From positions 21,762,001 through 21,826,000 of the forward strand of contig JBNRSN020000017.1 of the NCBI GenBank assembly GCA_051313645.2: a stretch of 64,000 nt of DNA. Reading direction: 5' to 3'. The position numbers were made by a program, and so were the translations under genes. Source of the DNA: Centroscyllium fabricii. Taxonomy: Eukaryota. Position 1 is the first letter of the stretch, and every line of letters starts with the position of its first letter. Under the pieces are notes generated by a model that saw nothing but the letters and a program-made list of their open reading frames with translations, had not been told where the DNA came from and ran no database searches. Positions 25,372 to 37,473 of the stretch are shown here, piece after piece.

Positions 25372-25772
25372 ACTCGAAGGAAGTGCCGTGCTCAGAGAGC
25401 AGAGGCAGCACACCACGGGGGTAGGGGGCAGCAGAGGGGGAAGGTGCTGGCAGTCGGCCAGCAACAAAAATGGCCGCCAGGCAGCCTGCCCTTTAAGCAG
25501 AGCTCCACCGCTGCAAGTACCGCAGGCTGAAGCGGTCACGGGCAGCACCCGCCGGAAACTCAGCGGGTGCGACTTAATTTCGCTCCCCCAGGCGCGAGAG
25601 GGTCGCTGTGCGCTATGATGACGTGATCCCCGGCGGCGAACAGCTGCGGGGCGCTACCGGCTACATCAGCGCCCCACTCAATATGGTGGGAGGCTCCACG
25701 CCAGGCTTGCGCCCAATTAGCAGCCCTCTTAGGGCGCTAACGGCAGGCGCAAGCCACCGAATTTCTCCTCCT
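25372..25772. mobile_element. GC-rich TIR-element fragment
   Basis: GCGCTA-rich like 2706..3673; ends in CGAATTTCTCC. Confidence 0.4.
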
Positions 25773-26228
25773 TAGGCTCTAATAGAGGGTGCATTTTCGC
25801 TCAAAGTTCAAGTTCCAAGTTTAAAGCCACTTCTGCAGAGCCCCTTGTCCACCCCAGACCTTGCTTGTTCTTTATTTCACTGCACTTATTAACCATTAAC
25901 CACTGGAACTCAACTCAAATTTAATTCTGGGAACTCCTACAATCATCTGCCATCAGGATTAGGCTGCCGACTGGATTACACAGTAAGACACAGCTGTTGT
26001 GACTATGTTCTGATATGCAGTGGTTTCACGTTTTAAGGTAACTTTTCCTAGCTGACAGCCCATCCTCCAGTTGCTGCTGTTACCTGCTGAGCAACTTACT
26101 GTACTGCTGGCATCTCAACTGTATTTTAGTGCTGAATGGGCCCTGGACAGAAATCCACTTTTCCCTGGGCTGAAGTCCATTTCTCCGCTGTTTCTGGACC
26201 TCAAAGGTGACCGCCAACATCACCAGAT

Positions 26229-27260
26229 GCCGGGCGATGTTCCGGAGGTGGAAATAGGCGGTCTTAGTGATGGCGTGGATATGTGGTCGGAAGCTCATCT
26301 CGGGGTCAAATATGACACCAAGGTTGCAAACAGTCTGGTTCAGCCTCCGACAATTGCCAGGGAGAAGTCGGTAGCTAGGGAACGGAGTTTGTGGCAGGGA
26401 CCAAAAGGAGCTCGTGACATTCTTGGTCACAAAAATTCAGATCATTAATACAGCTGCCTCCGTCACATCCCTCACTTCCTCTTGCCCACCAAGCCAAACT
26501 TCCTCCAAGGATCCCCCTGCCATGAATCTGCATCCATTTGTATTTTCTCTTCCATCTGCCCTCATGCCTAATTCAAGCTCATCTTGTCCATGAGTCCCAT
26601 TTCCTGCTCTATCGACCCTATTGGCACTAAACTGCTGACTATCCAACCTCCCTTCCTGGCTCCTATTCTAGCTGGCATGGTAAACGTTACTCTCTCCTCA
26701 GATACTATCCTCCTCACTCACCCTCCTCCAACTCCTCTTTTCCGTTGTCCAGCTGAATGGGACTGCCTTCGCCTGGCTCCACTCTCATCTAGCCAGTTAT
26801 AGGCAGAAAACCTCCTGCAATGGCTTCTCCAGCTGTCCCAACACTTTTAACTATGAAGTCTCCAAAGATCTATATCCTTGGCCTCTCCTATTTCTTGCTG
26901 CATGCTGCCCCTCGGCAACACCATCCACATGTACACGGACGACACTCCGCTCCACCTCACCACCACCTCTCTTGACCCCCTCCACTGTCTCTACTAGGTC
27001 AGCCTGCTTGTTCGACATCAAGTCCTCGATTAGCTGCAATTTCCTCCAATTAAGCATTGGGAAGACTAACAGCATTGTCTTCATCCCTGCCACAATCTCC
27101 GTTCCCTCACCACTGATTCCTTCCTACTTTCTGGCCACTGTCTCAGGCTGAACCAGATGGCTCGCAACCGCGGCGTCCTATTGGACCGAGCTGAGTCATC
27201 TCTTTCCACATCCATATCATTCATCCATCTCCGCCCTGTCTCAACTCACCTGCTGTTTTT
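26229..27260. mobile_element. degenerate L2-type LINE fragments (26229-26406 minus; about 26440-27260 plus, continuing at about 29100-29360)
   Basis: NLGVIFDPEMSFRPHIHAITKTAYFHLRNIAR and HMYTDDT remnants; similar to 48950..50990 and 62720..63510. Confidence 0.7.
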
Positions 27261-27403
27261 AAAAAAAAAATGTTTATGGGATGTGGGCTTCACTGGCAAA
27301 GCCAGCATTTATTGCCCATCCCTAATTGCCCTCGAGTGGTGGTGAGCCACCTTCTTGAACCACTGCAGTCCATGTGGTGAAATTACTGAAAGGTATGATT
27401 CTA

Positions 27404-27886
27404 TGCACAGAGCATTCAAAATGGCCGCTGCAAAATTTTTAATGCTCTGCGCATGGAAGGTAATTTTCGGCCCTAGGGTCGGGTGGAACTCACAGGACGC
27501 ACTCGATTCTGCTGCTCCGGGTGGATCAGGGAGCGGCCTGCACGGCTCCAGCGGGCCTGAGGTACAATGCGCGGCTCAAGCCCGGCTCACGTGACGCCAC
27601 CGCACGCCAGCTTCGGAACGCGGTGACGTCAGCACCCTCCGGCAGCGATGGGGAGCCGGGCGCCGAGTTTTGGCTGTACCGCGTCCTTGCGAAGGCAGCA
27701 ACAGCTCATTTTCTGGGCCTGGAAATCACCATCGGCATCGGGGTGGTCACTAAGCCGGGGTCCAGTGAGTATCTGTTCGGTGAAAGGGAAGCCCAGCCCC
27801 GACGGTGGCCATTTTGAATTGTCTGCGCATGCACCGGGCAGTCGGGAAAATCTGTGCCGAATGACTGAAGCTGCCGGTTTTTCGGG
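27404..27886. repeat. inverted copy of 30444..30933
   Basis: Near-identical reverse complement with a 7-nt indel and a few substitutions. Confidence 0.95.
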
Positions 27887-28602
27887 CGGGGCTGAAACCC
27901 AGAAGTCCCGTCTCCAGCATGTCTCCATTGAGAAAATCCAGCCCACTGAGAGAATCCACAATAACATGGAAATCAAAAAACTGCTGCAAGACTTTGTGCA
28001 TTATTGCAGACATTTGTCTCACCCACTCATGAAGTGCAGAGGGGAGTATGTGTGGCCCAGTTCCAAATACGTTTGAAATTGGGCTGCGCAGTGCATTCTG
28101 GGGCACCAGTTTGTGGTTCTTTTGGAGTAGTGAGATGCAGGTTCAATTCCTTTACTGATCTGCATCGCTAATGAAGACACTAAGCAAAAATCAGGCACCT
28201 GCTAATGAGGAGAGGGAAAGCTACAGAGTTATCTCTAGGACCGTTCACACTAAGATTTGGATCCCATACAGATTACCCAAAGGGTCTTGGGAGTTGTAAG
28301 GCTTTTTATTAGAGAGCTACAGTTCAAGCATAATCAGATGCTGCATTCGATTGAACTAGATATAGTAGACATACAACCCGTGACAGATGAGAACAATCTA
28401 CGGCCCTGCGATGGAATGAACAGAACGAGATGACCGGACAGATGTCGGATGGACGGACGTCGATGAATGTTGACGGATGTCTCTGTCTGCAACAACGGTC
28501 ACTTCTGCTGGGTCTCTACTTGACCTGCCTGAGGTGTCGGCTGCCAGCCGACACCTCGGGTAGAGCCTGATAAACCTAGCATTTCATCCACTCCGCGGAA
28601 GC
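27884..28602. repeat. inverted copy of 38478..39200
   Basis: Near-identical reverse complement with one GGAC unit indel and a few substitutions. Confidence 0.95.
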
Positions 28603-29484
28603 TTGACTAGTCTGTGGGACAGTTCTCCGAATTTTGGCACAAGTCCCCAGATGTTGGTGAGGAGCACTTTGCAGGGTCGACTGGACTGGGTGTGCCTGTA
28701 GCCGGTGCCGAGGTCAATGACGGGTGGTCTGTTCGGTTTCATTCTTATTATGTTTCATAGCAGTTAGTTACAACTGAGTGTTTTGCTAGGCCATTTCAGA
28801 GGGCAGTTAAGAGTCAACTACATTGCTGTGAGTCTGGAGTCACATATAGGCCAGACCGGGTAAGGACGGCAGGTTTCCTTCCCTAAAAAGAACATTAGTG
28901 AACCAGATGGGTTTTTATGACAATCCGATAGTTTCATGGTCACCATTACTGATACTAGCTTTTTATTCCAGATTTATTTTTTGAACTGAATTTAAATTCA
29001 CCAGCTGCCATGGTGGGATTTCAATCTCTGGATCATTAGTCCAGGCCTCTGGATTACTAGTCCAGTGACATTACCACTAAGCTACCATTCCCTCATCCAT
29101 GCTTTTTTTGGCTCCTGACGTGATTATTCCAATGCTTTCCTGTCCGTACTCTGATTTTCCACACAACATAAACTTCAGCTTATCCAAAACTGCTGCCCAT
29201 ATGTTAACTTGCAACAAGTCTCGCTCATCCATCGTCTGTGCTCGATGACCTACATTGGCTCCCAGCCCACCGGCGCCTCAAATGTGAAGTTCTCATCCTC
29301 ATGTTCAAATCCCTCCATGGCTTCACCTCTCCGCATTTCTAACCTCCCGACTTACAACCCTTCGACATGTGGTGATCACAAAGCTTAAAACTACTTTGCG
29401 ATATTTCCTACTTGTTTTAAATAACTATGCATCCTTCTCTATAAATCTTCAAACCGCACTTTAATTTAAAAAAGGAATTCTTAC

Positions 29485-29663
29485 TGGACATGATTTACAA
29501 TAGCAGATTTGATTCCTTGGCACTGCAGAAATTCTTCGGTGCAGATCAGCTCAATGGGCATTTGCAGACTGTTCACCTTCTGCAGCCAGATCTGACTTGA
29601 TACTTCAGTGTGTGCAGATTCCAACATTTCAACACAGGCAGCCGCTGCATAAACATCGATGAC
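29485..29663 (-). CDS. RNF213: RNF213 exon 13 of 24 (VIDVYAAAACVEML...WLQKV..LQMPIELIC...)
   Basis: cag/gtaaga, 179 nt. Confidence 0.92.
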
Positions 29664-29909
29664 CTGCATTAAAATAACAAAGGTTAACTGACCAAAAGGT
29701 TTTAAATCAGTGAAAATGTCCCATAGAAGCAGTCCTGCACAAATGTTTGGGAAACCATTAAGCATTCCACTTCTGCACTGAATTAATTAAAATCAATAAT
29801 TTGGAGAAGTACGAGATTACTTGAAAAATAAATTACATCGGATACAACACATTATTTTTCCATTCTAATGTCCTCACTTTACAAAGTGCACGACAGATAT
29901 TCAGATAGC

Positions 29910-30197
29910 AAGCTTAAAGATAAGGGGTAGGCCATTTAGGACAGAGATAAGGAGGAATTTCTTCACCCAGAGTGTGGTGAACCTGTGGAATTCTCTACCA
30001 CAGAAGGCAGTAGGGGCCAATTCATTAAATATATTCAAGAAGGAGTTAGATATATTTCTGAAGGCTAAAGGGATCAAGGAATATGGGAAGAGGGCAGGGA
30101 CAGGGTACTGGGTTTGGATGACCAGCCATGATCTCATTGAATGGCGGAGCAGGCTCGAGGGGCCGAATGGCCTACTCCTGCTCCTATCTTCTATGTT
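29910..30197 (+). mobile_element. CR1 3'-end fragment
   Basis: RRNFFTQSVVNLWNSLPQKAV..FKKELDIFL..KGIKEYG followed by the 3' UTR. Confidence 0.88.
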
Positions 30198-30418
30198 TAA
30201 AGGCAATCTGGTAGATTGTTTTACACTGACAAATCGCTGATATACATTCATTAATAATATTGGAAATTTTATTACATGAACCCATGCACCATTTCAAATG
30301 AGGATGAAACATTTGGGATTTACAACCTGCATCTTTTCAGATTTTTTATTTAAAGGGTGATACACAAGTATATGTTGCTTTTACATTATCTATGGTTATA
30401 GCACTCACTAGAATGGTA

Positions 30419-31022
30419 CAGGTTGAAGTTCGTTAATCCAGCACCCGAAAAACCGGCAGCTTCAGTCATTCGGCACAGATTTTCCCGACTGCCCGGCGCA
30501 TGCGCAGACAATTCAAAATGGCCACCGTCGGGGCTGGGCTTCCCTTTCACCGAACAGATACTCACTGGATCCCGGCTTAGTGACCACCCCGATGCCGATG
30601 GTGATTTCCAGGCCCAGAAAATGAGCTGTTGCTGCCTTCGCAAGGATGCGGTACAGCCAAAACTCGGCGCCCGGCTCCCCATCGCTGCCGGAGGCTGCTG
30701 CGTGCTGACGTCACCGCGTTCCGAAGCTGGCGTGCGGTGGCGTCACGTGAGCCGGGCTTGAGCCGCGCATTGGACCTCAGGCCCGCTGGAGCAGTGCAGG
30801 CCGCTCCCTGATCCACCCGGAGCAGCAGAATCGAGTGCGTCCTGTGAGTTCCACCCGACCCTAGGGCCGCAAATTACCTTCCATGCGCAGAGCATTAAAA
30901 ATTTTGCAGCGGCCATTTTGAATGCTCTGTGCACGTGCCGCCGAAGCTTCAATCATTCGGCGTTTTCAATAATTCGGCAGGGTGCTGGTCCCAACCCTGC
31001 CGGATTAACGAACTTCAACCTG
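30419..31022. mobile_element. pogo/Tigger-like MITE
   Basis: TIR CAGGTTGAAGTTCGTTAATCC at both ends, TA flanks. Confidence 0.88.
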
Positions 31023-31245
31023 TATTTAATAAAGAATACTATTTCCTTCTGCCTACGATAAGTTTAAGGGTTAGTGACTACAGAACAGTGATTGCAGTTC
31101 AAAAATAATGTGGTTTGGGATGTCCTGAAGATAATGATAAGGTGCATATTATATAAATGTAAGATTTTTTCTTCCTTATGGTTATAAAAAAAAATGCTGA
31201 AAAATCATTCTGCAATTGAACGGAAATATTCTTGAGTACTCGCAC

Positions 31246-31458
31246 CATCTCTCTGTTTTCAACTTTCTGAATTTCATCTCTCTTCCCCTGTAGTAGCCTC
31301 AGAACTGAAGGATGCACTGCAACAATTCGTGAAAAATTCTGCAGACGATTTTTGAAGTGTTGATATGCAAAGTGCACCCAAAGCAAAGACACATCATCTC
31401 CGATGCTATGTTTTATTTTCAGCTCATTTACACAGGACATCAGTCCTCCTCGAAGGAA
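31246..31458 (-). CDS. RNF213: RNF213 exon 12 of 24 (FLRGGLMSC...WVHFAYQHFKNRLQNFSRI...EM)
   Basis: tag/gtgcga, 213 nt; WVH.AY..F..RLQNFSRI motif. Confidence 0.92.
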
Positions 31459-31574
31459 CTAAATAAAACATGTAAAAAATAAGCACAAGTTAGCAAATAA
31501 CACAACATATTTAATAAATGTTTCCTCAAACACCTCAGGCTTAGCTGTACAGAACATGAATTAATTCGCTGCTA

Positions 31575-31850
31575 AACCTGTGACCTCTACCACCTAGAAG
31601 AACAAGGGCAGCAGGCGCAAAGGAACACCGCCACCTCCAAATTACACACCATCCTGATGTGGAAATATATCGCCGTTCCTTTATCACTACTGGGTCAAAA
31701 TCCTGGAACTCCCTCCCTAATAGCACTGCGGGAGTGCCTTCACCACACGGACTGCAGCAGTTCAAGAAGGTAGCTCACCACCACCTTCTCAAGGGCAACT
31801 CGGGATGGGCAATAAATGCTGGCCTTACCAGCGACGCCCGCATCCTGTAA
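31575..31850 (+). mobile_element. LINE 3'-end fragment
   Basis: GSKSWNSLPNSTAGVPSPHGLQQFKKVAHHHLLKGN then GGGCAATAAATGCTGGCC; reverse copy at 50215-50510. Confidence 0.75.
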
Positions 31851-32430
31851 ATGAACTTAAAAAAATACTGGGGTGAATTTGAACCTCGTTGCCTCGGTTT
31901 TATAATGAGGGCCAATTTTGGGGACTAACTTCCTATGCCCAAAGTGCAACTGAAAGACATTTAACTCGATACTGGTGTCTGGTGATTTTTCAGACACCCC
32001 GACGGCTGCCTAAAACAGGAGTTAGGCCATTTACATATGTAAAATGGGGCCAAACACCGGTTTTCAGCCTGCTCTGGGAAACTGGACTGCGATGAGCAGA
32101 GCAGAAGCTGGGCCTACCTAAGCAGCAGCCGCCAACAAAAGCTTAAGGCAAGCAGCCGGATAGTCATCGTCTAAAAATGGGCAAGCTGCCTGTGGAGACG
32201 TGACAAGCCCCAGCAGCTTGCTCAAATAATATTAATGAGGCCCAAGGCCCAGTTTTGGGTTGGCCTAGGACCTCCCAGTTGGGGTGTGCGTTCTGTGCGC
32301 GGTGCCCATTTCAAGCCTGCAAATGGGTCTAAAGGAAATGTGCTTATTTTTTAAATATTAACTACAATGTCCTACATTTTATTACGATACATTATGCAGC
32401 TGTAATATATTTTATCTGAATGGTTGGGGT

Positions 32431-32505
32431 AGACTTTCACTTTACTGCCTGTGCAGACTTTCACTTTACTGCCTGTGCAGACTTTCACTTTACTGCCTGT
32501 GCAGA
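32431..32505. repeat. 3 x 24-bp tandem repeat (AGACTTTCACTTTACTGCCTGTGC) at the end of a short TIR-like element
   Basis: Three exact units; flanking ends GGGGTAGACTTT / AAGATCTACCTC. Confidence 0.85.
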
Positions 32506-32684
32506 GTACAAAGAAGAAATTTGAGCGGGCTCCATTATGAGGGGGGGGGGGGGGGATTCTTCCTGCTCGATTTTCTTCTGTGTCTGCCCAGGTGATAAAG
32601 ATCTACCTCATTATGAATAGTTTATGTGAAACTACTTTCCCCTGTGAAGAGCTCGAGGCCATCACCTGCACTGGAATACTTTAC

Positions 32685-32842
32685 CTCAAATTCAGACTCG
32701 GATGAAATGCTCATGGTCATCAACAGGAAGTCATTCAAGTACCTAAAGAAAAATTGCTGTCTCCATTCTTCACTCACAGTTGAAAGGTACTTTCCAAATC
32801 CAGTTTTATTAAATATTTCATTCAACTTTTTCTCAGTTTGTC
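32685..32842 (-). CDS. RNF213: RNF213 exon 11 of 24 (QTEKKLNEIFNKTGFG...YLNDFLLMTM...EFE)
   Basis: cag/gtaaag, 158 nt, phase consistent. Confidence 0.9.
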
Positions 32843-33049
32843 CTGTTTATGCGTTTGGGAAATAGAACAAGTAATAATTAATCCAATGGAATTATCTCAA
32901 GACTCCCACCTATTCAGTTCGGCTGTCTGATAAAATTTACTATTCACAATAGCTGCACTATACTGTGGCCAGAGAGAACAGTACTAAACTGAAAGAGCAG
33001 ATGACTGGTGGGTACGGTATCTTGGGGGGGACTTTGCCGGAAGGGCGGG

Positions 33050-33450
33050 AACCTGAAGGCCCTGCAGCGGGTAGTCAAAACTGCCAACGAATTACCGGCA
33101 CCCGGCTACCGTCAATGGAAAGCATATACCTCAAACGCTGCCTACGGAGGTCTCTGAACATTATTAAAGACCCCACACACCCCAGCCACAGTCTGTTCGC
33201 CCCCCTGCCCTCCGGTGTACGAGACAGATCAATTCGCACCCGCACAACTAGATTCAAGAACATCTTCTTCCCCAGAGCTGTCAGCCTCCTGAACTCTAAC
33301 AAAAAACTCCAGTACCTGAACACCTGAAAATGTACTTTACTGTATGCAATTGTATGTAAATTATTTGCACTACTCTCGGGAGCGGTGAGTCTTCCGTCTT
33401 GTTGTATTGTACTGGTACTCTGCAATGACAACAAAACTTGAATTGAATTG
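33050..33450 (+). mobile_element. Rex1/Babar-like LINE 3' fragment
   Basis: IIKDPTHPSHSLFAPLPSG..RSIRTRTTRFKNIFFPRAVSLLN and a (TTGAA)n tail. Confidence 0.8.
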
Positions 33451-34275
33451 GTCTGGGCGGCTTCCTGTCCTGCTCGCCCGCCCAAACAGCTGGGAAGGCC
33501 ACACAATTTAAATTTAATTGGGTTGTTAAATCCCCACCGGCGGCAGCGGGTGGTAATTGAGTCAATCAAGTCGGGCTGCATCGGGGCTGTGAGGAGTTTG
33601 ATTGACAGTTCCAGCACTGGTTGTTGACAGTTCCCATGGAAACACTCCACTGTGACATCACAGTCGAGTGGAACCAATGGAAAAGGTCAAGTGCTGGTGA
33701 CGGACAGGTGGGCTCAGAATCCTTGACCGCTCGCACCGGCTGTCAGGAAATGTGCAGAGCTGAGATTTCTCAGTTTCTGCTCACAGCTGCTGCAGCCAGC
33801 ACGGAGTTACTTACTCCTCTAAGGTGCTGGAGGCATGCCAAGCATTTGGCAGCATGTCCTTCACACCTTGAAGGAGAAAGTAATAACCAGCACTGTGCTC
33901 CCGCTGGGTTTCACCCAGCAGGGTTTCACCCAGCGGGGTTAGGGTGGGAAACAGGGCAAAATGGCTGAGGGCCCTTAAAATGGAATTAAAGATGCCAATT
34001 AAGGGCCCTTAACGAGGTGACAACGCATCCCCGCCGGCGGGAAGGTCTCGGGGCGGGGGGAAATGAGAAAGCTGCGGGGATGTCGGGACCTGCCGGTTCC
34101 GCTATTTTTCCGGCCAGGCCGCCGAAAACCCCGCCTCACGGGGACATGAAATTTCCCCCCCATGGTTTCCAATGGCCCATTCCATTAGCTCAGCCCTGAT
34201 GACATTTTGTACTGAACAAAAATAGCTTACACCCCTATTTCCAATGTAACACCGTGCTGTTGCACTGTGCAAGTA

Positions 34276-35643
34276 CAGGTTGAAGTTCGTTAATCCGGCT
34301 CCCGAAAAACCGGCAATAATTTCCCCGACTGCCCTGCGCAAAATGGCTACCGCGATCGATGCTTCGATGAATGATCTGCACATGCGCCGCCGAACGCATG
34401 CGCAGATCATTCACAATGGCCGAGCCGATCCCGAGCCGAGCCTGGCCGCTGCGAGCTTCCCATGAGCCTGGCCGCTGCGAGCTTCCCATGAGCCTGGCCG
34501 CTGCGAGCTTCCCATGAGCCTGGCCGCTGCGAGCTTCCCATCAGCCTGGCCGCTGCGAGCTTCCCATCAGCCTGGCCGCTGCGAGCTTCCCATCAGCCTG
34601 GCCGCTGCGAGCTTCCCATCAGCCTGGCCGCTGCGAGCTTCCCATCAGCCTGGCCGCTGCGAGCTTCCCATCAGCCTGGCCGCTGCGAGCTTCCCATCAG
34701 CCTGGCCGCTGCGAGCTTCCCATCAGCCTGGCCGCTGCGAGCTTCCCATCAGCCTGGCCGCTGCGAGCTTCCCATCAGCCTGGCCGCTGCGAGCTTCCCA
34801 TCAGCCTGGCCGCTGCGAGCTTCCCATGAGCCTGGCCGCTGCGAGCTTCCCATGAGCCTGGCCGCTGCGAGCTTCCCATGAGCCTGGCCGCTGCGAGCTT
34901 CCCATGAGCCTGGCCGCTGCGAGCTTCCCATGAGCCTGGCCGCTGCGAGCTTCCCATGAGCCTGGCCGCTGCGAGCTTCCCATGAGCCTGGCCGCTGCGA
35001 GCTTCCCATGAGCCTGGCCGCTGCGAGCTTCCCATGAGCCTGGCCGCTGCGAGCTTCCCATGAGCCTGGCCGCTGCGAGCTTCCCATGAGCCTGGCCGCT
35101 GCGAGCTTCCCCGAGCCTGGCCGCTGCGAGCTTCCCCGAGCCTGGCCGCTGCGAGCTTCCCCGAGCCTGGCCGCTGCGAGCTTCCCCGAGCCTGGCCGCT
35201 GCGAGCTTCCCCGAGCCTGGCCGCTGCGAGCTTCCCCGAGCCTGGCCGCTGCAAGCTTCCCCGAGCCTGGCCGCTGCGAGCTTCCCCGAGCCTGGCCGCT
35301 GCGAGCTTCCCCGAGCCTGGCCGCTGCGAGCCTCCATGAGCCTGGCCGCTGCGAGCTTCCCCGAGCCTGGCCGCTGCGAGCTTCCCCGAGTCTGGCCGCT
35401 GCGAGCTTCCCCGAGCCTGGCCGCTGCGAGCTTCCCCGAGCCTGGCCGCTGCGAGCCTCCCCGAGCCGGCTCTCCCTGAATGATCAGCGCATGCGCAGAC
35501 CACTCAAAATGGCCACCGGCCTTTCGCGGCGGCCATTTTAAATGGTCTGCGCATGCACTCGCCGAAACTGCAATCATTCGGGATTTTCACTTGTCCGGTA
35601 CGGGCCTGGTCCCGCCCGTGCCGGATTAACGAACTTCAACCTG
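34276..35643. mobile_element. pogo/Tigger-like MITE carrying a minisatellite
   Basis: Perfect 23-bp TIR CAGGTTGAAGTTCGTTAATCCGG, TA flanks. Confidence 0.9.
34438..35462. repeat. GC-rich minisatellite, 40 units of 25-26 bp
   Basis: Unit (G/C)AGCCTGGCCGCTGCGAGCTTCCC(AT/C) in blocks of 4+11+10+15. Confidence 0.97.
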
Positions 35644-36679
35644 TATTTATGAAAACTGCAATACAAGGGGCACAAAGTTGAATTTTAAATGACTGCAAAC
35701 TCCTACTTTACGGTCACACTTCTATCAAGCATCACCATACTGAGCAGCAATTTGTTTGAGTGCCATTCTCACAAACATACGGTAAAATATCTCCACCTGC
35801 TTTTTAAAAACCAAGCACTTTTATGGACTCTTGCAATGGCTCGGTGAGTTTATTCAGCAAGTAGCTGAGCTTTACGAGCTACATGGGCCCCGCCCCGTGT
35901 TTGAGCACACATCTCAACTGCTCTCAGGGCACTACAATTTGCCTCATTGAACCTAGGTTATGGAGAGCAGAATCAGCTACATTTCCCACTTTGATTGTTA
36001 TCCAGTGACCTCTTGAGTGTGAGGATATTAAGGGCATCACCACACTGAAATCTGATCAGGTTCAGACTGTGCAGTTATCATGTAAAATCCACAGAAGTGT
36101 GATATGCACCTGAATAGCACAGTGTAACTAAAATTAACAGAGTACATTTATCAATATTAAGGCTTGAGTTAGGAAATAAATATGACTAAAGTAGTTTGTT
36201 GTTTGGTTGCTTTTTACCGCTGCGATTCCAAAGCACTGCCCCCTGAAGTGGTCGGAGGATGTGTGTTTCAGCATCTTGTTTCTGATGTTGTTCTCAAACT
36301 GTGACAACTTTGGGAAAATGGAAGAGTCCACAGGGAGGATGGAGAAATCATTGTTAATAAAGACCGGCTAACCTCATGCTCTGCCTGCAAACTGGTTATA
36401 CAGTGCCACTGGTGCAGGTCTGGGACTAAGTCCCTGCTCTTTCCTGGCAGTTGAAGAAGGAAGTATGTAGAAAGGGGAGATTTAAACAATGTTTTCATAT
36501 AAAATCCAGATTCTCCTGTTATCATGTGATACTTCATTCACATTTCCAGTCATAAGATCTGCAGTACTTTTTCCTGAGACCCCTACCAATTGCGTATATT
36601 TAGTGATATCACAGCATTGGTGTAGATAATTAATTTTGGTTGACTCTCCACATGAATGCAGAGAATGGTTATCAAATAC

Positions 36680-36810
36680 CTTCCATGTACTGGGCCTGAA
36701 TCCACAACTCATCTAGATAGTCTTTTATTCTCCAACTGAAAGGCAGCACATTGCCAATTTCCAGTATGTCCATTTTCATGTAGTTGTGGACAACAATTTC
36801 AGATTGTAAA
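36680..36810 (-). CDS. RNF213: RNF213 exon 10 of 24 (LQSEIVVHNYM...PFSWRIKDYLDELWIQAQYME)
   Basis: cag/gtattt, 131 nt; PFSW.IKDYL.ELW.QAQY motif. Confidence 0.92.
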
Positions 36811-37077
36811 CTGTCAAAAGAAAAGCAAATGTTTACCTCAGAGATTATACAGAAAATGCAGACAATGTTAATGCATGGTTTAACTATTCACATGGCAGGT
36901 AAAAAGATAGGTCAGGGAAGTTTTGGGGGGGGGGGGGGAGGCACAGACGGAAGCGGTCCAAAAAAAGCATGGTTTTAAACGAGGAAGCGGTCCAAAAAAA
37001 AGCGTTATAATAACGAGGCACAGACCCTTCCACGGCCCGGTAAAAATGTCCCGCGGCCCGGTACCGGTCCGCTGCAA

Positions 37078-37473
37078 TAAGATTATGGCTGATCTTCAAC
37101 CTCAACTCCACTTTCCCACTCGATCTCCATATCCCTCGATTCCCCTAGAGACCAAAAATCTATCTGTCTCAGCCTTGAATATACTCAATGACTCAGCAAC
37201 CACAGCCTTTTGGGGGTAGAGAATTCGAAAGATTCACAACCCTGAGTGAAGAAGTTTCGTCCCATCTCGGTCTTAAATGGCCGACTCCTTGTCCTGAGAC
37301 TATGCCACCTAGTTCTAGCCTCTCCAGCCAGGGGAAACAACCTCTCAGCATCTACCCTGTCAATCCCCCACAGAATCTTATATGTTTCAATAAGATCACC
37401 TCTGAACTAGAGAGTGTATAGGCCCAATTTACTCAATCTCTCCTCATAGGACAACCCTCTCACCCCAGGAATC
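37078..37473 (-). mobile_element. CR1 3'-end fragment
   Basis: Reverse complement resembles the ORF2 C-terminus and 3' UTR of the other CR1 copies. Confidence 0.8.

Larger units (their letters stand above)
27270..29086 (-). mobile_element. LINE remnant whose interior is replaced by a templated insertion
   Basis: 27270-27380 matches the LINE 3' ends at 31575-31850 and 50215-50510. Reading 28603-29086 as the 5' part of the same family is my inference. Confidence 0.55.

Noticed and set aside
27648-28076. 142-aa ORF spanning the composite junction as a new chimeric gene
   Set aside because: It has no domain-like features or splice context, and ORFs of this size are expected by chance in GC-rich repeat DNA.
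34438-35462. Possible CRISPR-like array, and repeat-protein ORFs of 242 and 258 aa
   Set aside because: Units are head-to-tail with no unique spacers, the context is eukaryotic and there are no cas genes. The ORFs arise from stop-poor GC-rich repeats.
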